Below, piece by piece: positions 1 to 8,337 of a stretch of 24,000 bases of DNA (within the stretch, counting starts at the first letter, position 1; every line of letters begins with the position of its first letter). The stretch is from Hydrogenoanaerobacterium saccharovorans. Lineage in GTDB: Bacteria > Bacillota > Clostridia > Oscillospirales > Ruminococcaceae. The position numbers and the translations under genes are program-made. The DNA lies in assembly GCF_003814745.1 (NCBI RefSeq), contig NZ_RKRD01000001.1:1793947-1817946 (forward strand), given 5' to 3'. The notes beneath the pieces were generated by a model that had not been told where the DNA came from, searched no databases, and saw only the letters and a list, made by a program, of their open reading frames with translations.

Positions 1-1
1 C

Positions 2-73
2 AGTTATGTAATCAGTTATAACGGAAAAGATGGTAATGAAAATCTCGAATACATCACAGAAAAAGCAAGTTAA
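2..73 (+). CDS. 3' end of an unidentified CDS entering from the left edge (…SYNGKDGNENLEYITEKAS*)
   Basis: Frame 2 is open from the window edge to TAA at 71..73. A strong terminator hairpin follows at 133..172. Too short to identify. Confidence 0.3.
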   Translation, partial: SYVISYNGKDGNENLEYITEKAS

Positions 74-125
74 AGTACTGGTTAAATTCAGCTCGTGTTT
101 TAACAGTGTTGTATTCACTTACTAA

Positions 126-179
126 TATAAAAACGCCTCTTTAACACACTGAGCAGCGTGTTAAAGAGGCGTAATTTTT
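126..179. terminator. Bidirectional rho-independent terminator between the upstream + gene and yebC
   Basis: Perfect 15-bp stem ACGCCTCTTTAACAC (133..147) / GTGTTAAAGAGGCGT (158..172). A-run on the left and T-run on the right give a U-tract on both strands. Confidence 0.85.
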
Positions 180-238
180 GCTATACTTTAGCATTGTATT
201 ATTATTGATACATCTTTAAAAAGTTTAAGACATTTATA

Positions 239-982
239 TTAGTCTTCGTCCGGCTCATCAGGCATCTCCCAATTATGGAACACTTGCTGAACATCGTCGT
301 TATCCTCAAGGTGATCGAGCAACAGCGACATCTTGTTTTGCAAATCGGGATCATCAATGGTTGTATAAGTGGAGGGTACCATCACAGCGTCTGCAGAAAG
401 CACCTTGTAGCCCTTTTCAATAAGCCCTTTGTTTACGATATGGAGATCATTGGGCTCGCAGGAGATTTCCACCGCATCTTCTTCAAAATGAAAATCGTTT
501 GCGCCAACCTCCATGCAATCTTCCATAACTTTATCTTCGCTGAGTTTATTGTTCTCAACAACGACAATTCCCTTGCGTTCAAACATAAAAGATACACAAC
601 CGGTTTGTCCAAGATTACCGCCGAATTTATCAAAATAATGGCGCAAATCCCCTGCTGTACGGTTTTTATTATCTGTTAATGCTTCTACAATTACCGCTAC
701 ACCGCAAGGTCCATATCCTTCGTAAACCATATCAACGTAATCGTTTTTATTGCCTTCGCTGGATGCTTTTTTAATCGCACGGTCAATGTTATCATTAGGG
801 ACATTGTTGGCTTTGGCTTTTGCAATCAAGTCATACAGTTTGCTGTTATTATTTGGATCGGCACCGCTTTCTTTGACTGCAACCGAAATTTCTCTGCCTA
901 TTTTGGTAAAGATCTTGGCTCGTGCACCATCAGTCTTTTCTTTTTTCCGCTTGATGGTACTCCACTTGGAATGTCCAGACAT
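239..982 (-). CDS. yebC: YebC/PmpR-family DNA-binding transcriptional regulator (247 aa)
   Basis: N-terminus MSGHSKWSTIKRKKEKTDGARAKIFTKIGREI is the hallmark YebC/TACO1 signature. Full-length ORF. GAGAGGA RBS upstream of the ATG at 982. Confidence 0.93.
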   Translation of the reverse strand: MSGHSKWSTIKRKKEKTDGARAKIFTKIGREISVAVKESGADPNNNSKLYDLIAKAKANNVPNDNIDRAIKKASSEGNKNDYVDMVYEGYGPCGVAVIVEALTDNKNRTAGDLRHYFDKFGGNLGQTGCVSFMFERKGIVVVENNKLSEDKVMEDCMEVGANDFHFEEDAVEISCEPNDLHIVNKGLIEKGYKVLSADAVMVPSTYTTIDDPDLQNKMSLLLDHLEDNDDVQQVFHNWEMPDEPDED

Positions 983-1114
983 CTAAAATCGTCCTCTCAT
1001 GTAAAGAATTCATACTTATTCATTCTATCACACCAAATTAGCTAGTTCAAGGGTTAAAAAAGGTACTTAAGAAAAAAATTGCCTGAATATCTTCTTATTT
1101 TTGAGCATTAGGCA

Positions 1115-1143
1115 TTGTGCATTTCTGCTAAAAGTGATAGAAT
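1115..1143 (+). promoter_or_regulatory. Candidate sigma-A promoter for the PII-like/antiporter operon
   Basis: TTGTGC (1115..1120), 17-nt spacer, then TGaTAGAAT extended -10 (1135..1143). A 7-bp hairpin AGCTGTG/CACAGCT lies in the leader just before the RBS. Confidence 0.45.
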
Positions 1144-1204
1144 GTTATAGTAATTCCATACAAAAAACAGCTGTGCCAATTCACAGCTATAGGAGGTTAG
1201 AGCA

Positions 1205-1540
1205 ATGAAACTTTTAGTGTTTGTATTAAACAAAATTGAAACACTGGAACCGCTGCTTGAACGTTTTTCGCATGACGGAATCAGCGGTGCAACCATATTG
1301 AACAGCAACGGGATGGCTCACACCCTTTCGGAGTACGGTGGGTCGTTTCTTGGTTCTTTGCGTGCAATTTTAAACCCAGAACGTGTAGAAAGCAGAACAC
1401 TGTTTGCGGTACTGCCGGAAGATCAGGTAGAAATTGCAGTGAAAGCAATCGAGCTGGTTGTCGGTGATCTTTCTAAACCAGACACGGGTATCGTATTTAC
1501 CGTACCTGTTGACTTTACAAAAGGAATTAAACTTAACTGA
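1205..1540 (+). CDS. PII-like (GlnB-fold) small signalling protein (111 aa)
   Basis: Beta-alpha-beta pattern lines up by eye with GlnB: MKLLVFVLNK…GISGATILNSNG… / …RTLFAVLPEDQVEIAVKAIE… / …GIVFTVPVD. AGGAGG RBS. 17 nt upstream of the antiporter gene. Confidence 0.7.
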   Translation: MKLLVFVLNKIETLEPLLERFSHDGISGATILNSNGMAHTLSEYGGSFLGSLRAILNPERVESRTLFAVLPEDQVEIAVKAIELVVGDLSKPDTGIVFTVPVDFTKGIKLN

Positions 1541-1557
1541 AAAGGCTGTAGGCAAAT

Positions 1558-2733
1558 ATGAAATTAGATGTATTCTTTTATCTCGCTGTTATTTTATTGA
1601 CCGGCTTACTGTTTGGTAAACTTGCCAAACTGGTTAAACTGCCAAATGTAACCGGATATTTAATAGGGGGGTTGTTAATTGGTCCTTCCGTTTTGGGGTT
1701 GATCCCCGGCGAAACAGTATCGCAGTTGACTATGATATCGGACATGGCACTGGGTTTTATTGCCTTTTCGATAGGCAGTGAATTTAAAATCAGCTATTTT
1801 AAGCGTGTAGGATTTACCCCTATTGTTATTGCAATTTTGGAAGCTTTGTGTGCAGTATGGTTTGTTTTGGGCGGCCTTTTGCTGGCAGGCTTTAAATTGC
1901 CGTTTTCGTTAATACTTAGCGCAATAGCAGCCGCTACCGCACCTGCTGCAACCATTATGGTTATCAAGCAGTATAAGGCAAAAGGGCCTGTTACCGAAAC
2001 CCTGCTAAGCGTTGTGGCACTTGACGATGCCGTGGCTTTGATTGCATTCGGTTTTGCTGTAACCATTGCAAAAAGTATTATTTCACCCAATGCCGGCTCT
2101 TTGGCTATGTCGATTTTAGACCCCATTTTTGAAGTGGTTATCACCCTAGTGGCAGGCAGTTTATTAGGACTTGCATTCGCGTTTTTGCTAAAATTTTTCA
2201 AAAGCCAAGCCAACCACTTAAACCTGAGTGCCGCTTTTGTATTTTTGACAATTACGTGTGCAAAAATGCTCAATGTATCCGCCTTGCTAACGTGTATGGC
2301 AATGGGCGCTGTTTTGGTTAATCTTTCAGACGCTTCTGAAGATGCAATGAAGATTACCGACATGGTTACTCCCCCATTGTTTATGATGTTCTTCGTGCTT
2401 TCGGGCGCAGGGCTGGACATCTCGATTTTGCCGTCAATCGGAGTTGTAGGTGTTATTTATATCATTCTGCGTGTTGCCGGTAAGATGTTTGGCGCATGGG
2501 CTGGTGGTGCCATTATGAAGGCACCTGCTACCGTTCGTAAATATCTTGGTCCTGCACTGATCCCTCAGGCAGGTGTTGCCATCGGTTTGACGTTTGTGGC
2601 ACAAACTGTAGTACCGGAATATGCAGATACAATACGCGCTGTTGTACTTTGCGGTACACTTATTTATGAAATAGTAGGGCCGGCTATTGTAAAAATCAGC
2701 CTTACTAAAGCCGGAGAAATTGCAGACAAATAA
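1558..2733 (+). CDS. Cation:proton antiporter, CPA2/Kef-like membrane domain only (391 aa)
   Basis: Polytopic hydrophobic protein with Na+/H+-exchanger-type motifs (PNVTGYLIGGLLIGPSVLG, ATAPAAT). No soluble RCK/TrkA domain is present. Confidence 0.8.
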   Translation: MKLDVFFYLAVILLTGLLFGKLAKLVKLPNVTGYLIGGLLIGPSVLGLIPGETVSQLTMISDMALGFIAFSIGSEFKISYFKRVGFTPIVIAILEALCAVWFVLGGLLLAGFKLPFSLILSAIAAATAPAATIMVIKQYKAKGPVTETLLSVVALDDAVALIAFGFAVTIAKSIISPNAGSLAMSILDPIFEVVITLVAGSLLGLAFAFLLKFFKSQANHLNLSAAFVFLTITCAKMLNVSALLTCMAMGAVLVNLSDASEDAMKITDMVTPPLFMMFFVLSGAGLDISILPSIGVVGVIYIILRVAGKMFGAWAGGAIMKAPATVRKYLGPALIPQAGVAIGLTFVAQTVVPEYADTIRAVVLCGTLIYEIVGPAIVKISLTKAGEIADK

Positions 2734-2745
2734 AAATCTTATCTT

Positions 2746-2780
2746 CCCATTGCTTGATACTTAAAGCAATGGGATTTTTT
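2746..2780 (+). terminator. Rho-independent terminator after the antiporter gene
   Basis: CCCATTGCTT (2746..2755) / AAGCAATGGG (2764..2773), followed by ATTTTTT. Confidence 0.85.
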
Positions 2781-2798
2781 ATAATTACAGTGATTGGG

Positions 2799-2826
2799 TT
2801 GATTTTCTGTAAAAACAGAATATACT
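2799..2826 (+). promoter_or_regulatory. Candidate promoter of adenine deaminase with an inverted repeat in the spacer
   Basis: TTGATT (2799..2804), 16-nt spacer, TATACT (2821..2826). The spacer is itself the palindrome TTCTGT-AAAA-ACAGAA (2805..2820). Confidence 0.5.
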
Positions 2827-2875
2827 ATATAGTAATACTTATATATAATATATACAGTTATAAGGAGGTTGTGAT

Positions 2876-4582
2876 ATGAAATATGAGCAATTTGCAAAAC
2901 TCACTCAGATTGCATTGGGAAAACAAAAAGCTGATTTAGTTTTGAAAAATGCCGGCGTTGTTAATGTATTTTCGGGCGAAATCATTACCGCGGATGTTGC
3001 AATTTCGGACGGAATCATTGTTGGTGTAGGTTGTTATGAAGGTGCGTTGGAACAAGACATGAGCGGTAAAATACTTTGCCCCGGCTTTATTGACTCGCAC
3101 CTGCACTTTGAATCCACACTGGTAGCCCCCCCTGAACTGATTGCTAATGCCGTTGCATTTGGCACAACAACTTATATTGCCGACCCGCACGAGAGCGCAA
3201 ATGTGTGCGGATTGAGGGGCGTTGAGTACATATTAAAGCAAACCGAACAAGTGCCCGCAAATGTATTTGTGATGATGCCGTCCTGTGTACCGTCTGCCGT
3301 ATTTGAAGACAACGGCTGCAAACTTACAGCAGAGCATATGAAAGGATTTATAAATCACCCACGTATACTGGGGCTTGGTGAAGTAATGGATTACCGCGGT
3401 GTGGTAACGGCAGACAAAGCAATGTACGAAAAGTTGGAGTTGTTCCGCCATAAAATATTGGATGGACACGCTCCGTTTTTACAAGATTTTGACCTCGCCG
3501 CCTATTCACTGGCGGGTATTGCTACCGACCACGAGTGCTGTAACTTTGAATATGCAATGAAAGAACGCCGTGACGGAATGCAAATACTAATACGAGAAGG
3601 CACAGCGGCAAAAAATTTGGAGGCAATTGTTCGCGGTATTGTAGAAAACAACATTGACACCAACGGCTTTTGCTTTTGTACTGACGATAAGCATATTGAG
3701 GAGATACGGCGTGAAGGGCACATCAGCCATTGCATAAAAAAAGCGATCTCCCTTGGCATCTCTCCTGTGCATGCAATACAGATGGCAACAATCAACGCCG
3801 CAACATGTTATCATCTTGACGGCATCGGTGCCATTGCCCCGGGTTATCAAGCGGATATCGTTGTGCTGGACGATTTGGAGCAAGTGAAAATTTCACGCGT
3901 ATATCACAAAGGTATTGCGGTAAGTGAAAACACCACACCTGCAAAGGCAGAAGTTCTACCTTGTTATGGTGCAATTCGCGAGAGCGTACATGTTGCTGCA
4001 CTTGACGAAAGCAGCTTTGTACTGAATGCAGAAGATAAACCGTTCCCTGTAATCGTGTTGATTGATGGACAAATACTCACCAAGCGCATCGACGCCGTGC
4101 TGCCTGAAAAGGATGGCAAGTTTATTCCAAATGCAGAGTACAACAAGATTGCGGTAATCGAGCGCCACAAAGCAAGCGGGCGCATCGGTATCGGCGCAAT
4201 AAAAGGCTTTGGTATCAAAGGCGGAGCGATTGCTTCCAGTGTATCGCACGACTGCCATAACATCATTGTTGCAGGTGATAACGACACTGATATATTGCTG
4301 GCTGTTCGCGAACTGGTACGTACTCAGGGCGGCTATGCGATTGCAGGCGGAGGTAAAGTAGTTGCCTCACTTCCATTGCCTGTCATGGGTTTAATGAGCG
4401 ATACGGGATTTGAACAGGTAAACAGCACACTGCATAGCATGGTAGAGTTGGCGCATAACATGGGCGTCAACCCGAATATCGACCCATTTATTACACTCTC
4501 CTTTACCGCACTTCCAGTCATCCCCGAATTGAGGTTAACTACACGCGGAATTTATGATGTGCAAAAAGAACAGTTTGTGTGA
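2876..4582 (+). CDS. ade: Adenine deaminase (568 aa)
   Basis: Collinear by eye with Bacillus AdeC: KQKADLVLKNAGVVNVF…, PGFIDSHLHFESTLV metal site, TTYIADPHESANV, LGLGEVMDY. AAGGAGG RBS. Confidence 0.9.
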   Translation: MKYEQFAKLTQIALGKQKADLVLKNAGVVNVFSGEIITADVAISDGIIVGVGCYEGALEQDMSGKILCPGFIDSHLHFESTLVAPPELIANAVAFGTTTYIADPHESANVCGLRGVEYILKQTEQVPANVFVMMPSCVPSAVFEDNGCKLTAEHMKGFINHPRILGLGEVMDYRGVVTADKAMYEKLELFRHKILDGHAPFLQDFDLAAYSLAGIATDHECCNFEYAMKERRDGMQILIREGTAAKNLEAIVRGIVENNIDTNGFCFCTDDKHIEEIRREGHISHCIKKAISLGISPVHAIQMATINAATCYHLDGIGAIAPGYQADIVVLDDLEQVKISRVYHKGIAVSENTTPAKAEVLPCYGAIRESVHVAALDESSFVLNAEDKPFPVIVLIDGQILTKRIDAVLPEKDGKFIPNAEYNKIAVIERHKASGRIGIGAIKGFGIKGGAIASSVSHDCHNIIVAGDNDTDILLAVRELVRTQGGYAIAGGGKVVASLPLPVMGLMSDTGFEQVNSTLHSMVELAHNMGVNPNIDPFITLSFTALPVIPELRLTTRGIYDVQKEQFV

Positions 4583-4644
4583 TATGATACAGCTGTTAAC
4601 GTTTAAAATGTGGGCACACTGCTAGGACTTATAAAAGAATGTTT

Positions 4645-4680
4645 TAAGGGCATCCTCGTTTTGCTAAACGAGGATGCCCT
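4645..4680. terminator. Strong hairpin between convergent ade and the lipoprotein gene
   Basis: Perfect 16-bp stem AAGGGCATCCTCGTTT / AAACGAGGATGCCCTT with loop TGCT. The U-tract is poor on both strands, so terminator efficiency is uncertain. Confidence 0.55.
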
Positions 4681-4722
4681 TATTCGCATACTTCTTATTA
4701 CAAACAAAGCAAAGTCACATTA

Positions 4723-5307
4723 CTAAATGCCTATTTTCTCAACGGTGGCACTGTCAGGCGCTGTCATGTAAGCAAAGATAAAACGGTAGTCGCTAATAGT
4801 TATATTGCACTCTTGGTTTTCGCCGTGCTGCAAACTGGGTGCATTTGCAACATTTTCCGGAATAGTAAGCATAAACATAAACTCATCTTTCTGTTCCATC
4901 TCATCAGAAATGTAATGCGGCATTTTTGCTCTATCTTCTTCGGATACAGTAAAGTCATACCCTACATCCATAAGTCCACTACGGGTAATGGTACCTTTTA
5001 GGGTAACTTTGCCTTTAAACAGTGCTTCTAGCATTTGGATTTTATTTGCCCCATCATATTCAATCTCTAAATCGCTTAAAGTCCAGTCACCAAGGGTGTC
5101 GCCAACTTTCATAGTTTTCTTATCGGTCGTCATTAATCCCAGCTGGAAAAGGGCTGTTTCTTCGTCTTTTGGCTCTGACGAAGCAGAAATTAATGTTTCT
5201 TCTGATGAATAAGAGCTCGCCGATTGGCTGCCTGAATTTTTATCTTTGCATGCTACCACAGACAGTGCAATAACAATCGCGATTACCAGTAACAGTATTC
5301 TTTTCAA
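4723..5307 (-). CDS. Uncharacterised lipoprotein (194 aa)
   Basis: Signal peptide plus lipobox (…ALSVVAC|KD), then a Ser-rich linker. TTG start at 5307 preceded by AGGAGA. No family recognised. Confidence 0.7.
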   Translation of the reverse strand: MKRILLLVIAIVIALSVVACKDKNSGSQSASSYSSEETLISASSEPKDEETALFQLGLMTTDKKTMKVGDTLGDWTLSDLEIEYDGANKIQMLEALFKGKVTLKGTITRSGLMDVGYDFTVSEEDRAKMPHYISDEMEQKDEFMFMLTIPENVANAPSLQHGENQECNITISDYRFIFAYMTAPDSATVEKIGI

Positions 5308-5464
5308 AAAAATTCTCCTAATATAATATACTATTTATTTACCATACAAATGGGATGATTGCAAGCATAATATAACATATTCCATTATTATCCTTCATAT
5401 CAAATAGCAAAGAGTAAAGTGGAAGCTATAAAGCAGTACAACGATTTTTATGTTTGATATGTTA

Positions 5465-6496
5465 TCAAACTATCGGCTCCATAAATACGGTAAGCGTGCC
5501 GCCGCACACCATGCCCGCCTGTTTGGCATCGGTATTGGTCATGTTGCAGGTAGAAATTTGAGGTTTACCGGATTTGATGACGTCTGCCGTCATAGCACAT
5601 ATCTGCCCCTCGCCTGCCCCTCCGCCAATGCTGCCACTGAGGATTTTCCCCTGCGCATCAAGAAGCATTTTAGCGCCTGTGCTGCGAGGTGCCGAACCGT
5701 TTTTGGTAATAATGGTTGCCATCATCTCCGCCTGATTTATGTTATCAAGGCACTCAAGCATGCTGTCCTCCATACAGCCTTCGGCAAAACCCGAACGGCG
5801 AACTTGCACCAATTCTGCCGCAATGCAAACTGCAATTTCGGCAGGGGTTTGTGCACCTATTTTAAGCCCGATGGGTGCATACACCTGAGCAAGCTGTTCT
5901 TCGCTATAGCCATCTTCTTTCATTTGCTGCATAACCACTGCAACCTTGCGTTTGCTGCCTATCATACCCACATAAGCATACGGACGGTGCAATATCTCCT
6001 CAAGGCACTGGCGGTCGGCTGAATGCCCGCGCGTAACGATAACATAATAGGTGTTGGGGTTGCTTTCCAACTGTTCAAAGGCACTTTTAAAGTCGGCACA
6101 AATTACGTTGTGAACCGTTGAAAAACGTTGGATGTTGGCAAACTCCTCGCGGTCATCGATGACGGTGACTTCAAAATCGAGCATTACGCCGATTTGCGCA
6201 AGAGGCAGCGAAATATGCCCGCCTCCGCAAATAACCAGCCGCGGGCGGCGCACTAAATTTTCGGCAAGAACCTGGATACCATTTATTTCAGCGGTACATG
6301 GTGCATTTTCGAAGCGGCTGTCTGACGTTGCACTATGCCAAAATGGGAGCAGTAAATCATTTTGTGCAAGCAGAGTTTCGCTTGTACGCAGTGCTTTCTG
6401 CCCTGCATTTTCACCTGAAATGATGGTATAAAGCTGTACACTGCCTTTATCGCGAATATAACGTGCAACTTCTTTGTAAAACTGATAATTATTCAT
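5465..6496 (-). CDS. XdhC/CoxI-family molybdenum hydroxylase maturation protein (343 aa)
   Basis: Rossmann segment RLVICGGGHISLPLAQIG…VTVIDDRE. C-terminal XdhC_CoxI-type segment …GSAPRSTGAKML…GSIGGGAGEG…GMVCGGTLTVFMEP. Its start overlaps the yqeB stop by 8 nt. Confidence 0.85.
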   Translation of the reverse strand: MNNYQFYKEVARYIRDKGSVQLYTIISGENAGQKALRTSETLLAQNDLLLPFWHSATSDSRFENAPCTAEINGIQVLAENLVRRPRLVICGGGHISLPLAQIGVMLDFEVTVIDDREEFANIQRFSTVHNVICADFKSAFEQLESNPNTYYVIVTRGHSADRQCLEEILHRPYAYVGMIGSKRKVAVVMQQMKEDGYSEEQLAQVYAPIGLKIGAQTPAEIAVCIAAELVQVRRSGFAEGCMEDSMLECLDNINQAEMMATIITKNGSAPRSTGAKMLLDAQGKILSGSIGGGAGEGQICAMTADVIKSGKPQISTCNMTNTDAKQAGMVCGGTLTVFMEPIV

Positions 6497-7289
6497 ATTT
6501 ATTCACCTCATTTGTAATGTGAAGAACCGCTTCAAGCACACCGCCGGCAATCGCGCGTGCCTTATCTGAAACTGTAAAACAATATTCGTATATTCCGCGC
6601 GGGTCAACATCCCCGCTTTTCATCCCCTCAAAAACAGGGGTATTGGGGGGCAGCATCCCCCGCACGATTCCATCAATATTGGTATAAACGGGCTTTGAAC
6701 CCACAGTTGCTACAACATCGCCGGCCTTAACCATATCGCCTATATCCGCAACAGGTGTAAAAATACCGTCACAGCAAGCACGTAAGATACGTTCGCTCGT
6801 AAAGCCTGCAATATTGCCCGGTATGCCGGTGTTAGCGGCTGCACTGCCTTTATAAAGCACACGCCCAAGGTTGTGCCCGCGTTTGGTTTCGATAACAGCG
6901 TGACAATCGACGCCTGCTGTAAAACCGGGCCCAAGTGCCACAACAGCAGGGGCATCGGTGATGGATGTGTTGATGTTCTTTTTTGCAATGATGGCATCTA
7001 TTACCGCTTGAGGGTGCAGCTCTTTGATAATTTCAGCTTCGGGGTCAACAACAATTGCAACCTCATTTTGCCTGAGAGTTTCCCATACCTCACCTAAATT
7101 CGTACACAAACTCGCGGTAATACCTTCCACCACGGCTTTTTGCTCGTACACCGCACGAGAGAATGCAACCGTGCGTCTGACTGTAGTGGGTTTTGCAGTT
7201 TCAGTCATCACTACATCAAACCCGCACATTTTAAGCCTGCATGCCACACCGGTTGCCAAATCGCCCGCGCCTTTTATTAAAATCAGCAT
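6489..7289 (-). CDS. yqeB: YqeB-family selenium-dependent molybdenum hydroxylase system protein (266 aa)
   Basis: N-terminus MLILIKGAGDLATGVACRL…VVMTETAKPTTVRRTVAFSRAVYE matches my recollection of the YqeB family. Sandwiched between yqeC and xdhC with overlapping stop/start codons. Confidence 0.8.
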   Translation of the reverse strand: MLILIKGAGDLATGVACRLKMCGFDVVMTETAKPTTVRRTVAFSRAVYEQKAVVEGITASLCTNLGEVWETLRQNEVAIVVDPEAEIIKELHPQAVIDAIIAKKNINTSITDAPAVVALGPGFTAGVDCHAVIETKRGHNLGRVLYKGSAAANTGIPGNIAGFTSERILRACCDGIFTPVADIGDMVKAGDVVATVGSKPVYTNIDGIVRGMLPPNTPVFEGMKSGDVDPRGIYEYCFTVSDKARAIAGGVLEAVLHITNEVNKYE

Positions 7290-8293
7290 TTTACAGTACC
7301 TCTTTTCTGAGAATAGTATTCGTATTGTTTTGATAAGAACGAGGTAACCGCCACCCGATGAACCCCTTCTTGCATCAGCAGACCTGCAATGATTCCCGCC
7401 TGCCCTCGCAAAAACTCGTTATCCGCTTGATTGAGCACTACCGTTAGCATAGCGCCGTAGTTGCCGTAAGAGTGATAAAGCAGCTTCGCCATATCTTGTG
7501 CTGTTATTTGGTGGGTATCTTTTACATTCAGCAGCTGCTGTGCGATGGGGGCACGGTGGCAAATTAACCCGATTGGCTTGCCCAGACATGAAAGCCCCCC
7601 CACTGCAATGATTTGGTCGGTACCCGAATAGATAACCGGTTCACGGTTATTAGGGACCTTAATAGGAAGGCAACGGGAACCATCTGCCTCAATCAGCAGA
7701 AAGTCTACCGACTTGTGTAAATAGCGAATCAGCTCTTCTGCAGGTGCCGACAATTTACCGTTTTCTTCAAGAGCGCCAACCGTTACAAAGCGGTGCTCTT
7801 TTAAAGCGATATCTATCTTTTCTAAATCACCGTCTGTTATTAAATAGGCACATTGCTGTGGATCAGGCCTAAAAATATGGGTGGTAGTGGTAACAGCAAC
7901 ACGTTTGCCCTGTTTTGCAAGCTCATTTGCAAGTGCGAACAAAAAAGTGGTTTTACCACCAGAGCCTACCAAAGAAATAACACGTTTACTGTTTAAGTCA
8001 ATTCCAAACAGCTCACATAATTTTGGCGTTCTGCTGCTGGTTTGTGCCAACGCGGCATAAGCTTCATCGCGCAGGCGCAGTATTTCAGTGGCATAGGTGA
8101 GCAGTTTTGTACCCTCTTGAGAAGGATAAACTGCCTTGGTTGTGCGCACAATCAAACGCATACCTAGTTCTTTTTCTAAACTGCTGATGTGGGCGCTGAT
8201 GGTAGGCTGGGTAAGAAAAAGCTGCTCGCCTGCTTTAGAAAAACTGCCCAGTTTGGCTACCCATACAAGCGCCTCTAGTTGCTTAAAATCCAT
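7283..8293 (-). CDS. yqeC: Fusion protein (336 aa): LysR-type HTH DNA-binding domain (aa 1-~90) plus YqeC-family selenium cofactor biosynthesis P-loop protein (aa ~100-336)
   Basis: The track ORF of 414 aa is trimmed to the ATG at 8293 (MDFKQLEALVWVAKLGSFSKAGEQLFLTQPTISAHISSLEKELG…, a LysR HTH_1 signature), which has a GAAAGGA RBS. The YqeC part carries VISLVGSGGKTT (nt 7946..7966) and VAVTTTTHIF. No stop or ATG separates the two parts. Confidence 0.8.
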   Translation of the reverse strand: MDFKQLEALVWVAKLGSFSKAGEQLFLTQPTISAHISSLEKELGMRLIVRTTKAVYPSQEGTKLLTYATEILRLRDEAYAALAQTSSRTPKLCELFGIDLNSKRVISLVGSGGKTTFLFALANELAKQGKRVAVTTTTHIFRPDPQQCAYLITDGDLEKIDIALKEHRFVTVGALEENGKLSAPAEELIRYLHKSVDFLLIEADGSRCLPIKVPNNREPVIYSGTDQIIAVGGLSCLGKPIGLICHRAPIAQQLLNVKDTHQITAQDMAKLLYHSYGNYGAMLTVVLNQADNEFLRGQAGIIAGLLMQEGVHRVAVTSFLSKQYEYYSQKRGTVKC

Positions 8294-8304
8294 AATAAAC
8301 GTCC

Positions 8305-8337
8305 TTTCGTGTAAACGTGTTCTTGTTTTTCGTGTAA
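8305..8337. repeat. Exact 10-nt direct repeat TTTCGTGTAA (8305..8314 and 8328..8337), interleaved with TAAACGT x2, in the yqeC/selD divergent region
   Basis: Read directly from the sequence. The copies are 23 nt apart. TAAACGT lies at 8296..8302 and 8312..8318. Confidence 0.7.

Noticed and set aside
2734-2875. Purine riboswitch upstream of adenine deaminase (also looked for at 20764..21094 upstream of the XDH-like gene)
   Set aside because: I could not find the conserved purine-riboswitch core (the UAUA…UAUGG…UUUCUACC…CCGUAAAU-type loops and junctions). The ade leader after the predicted -10 element is only ~45 nt. The XDH leader remains unexplained, but it is not a recognisable guanine/adenine riboswitch.
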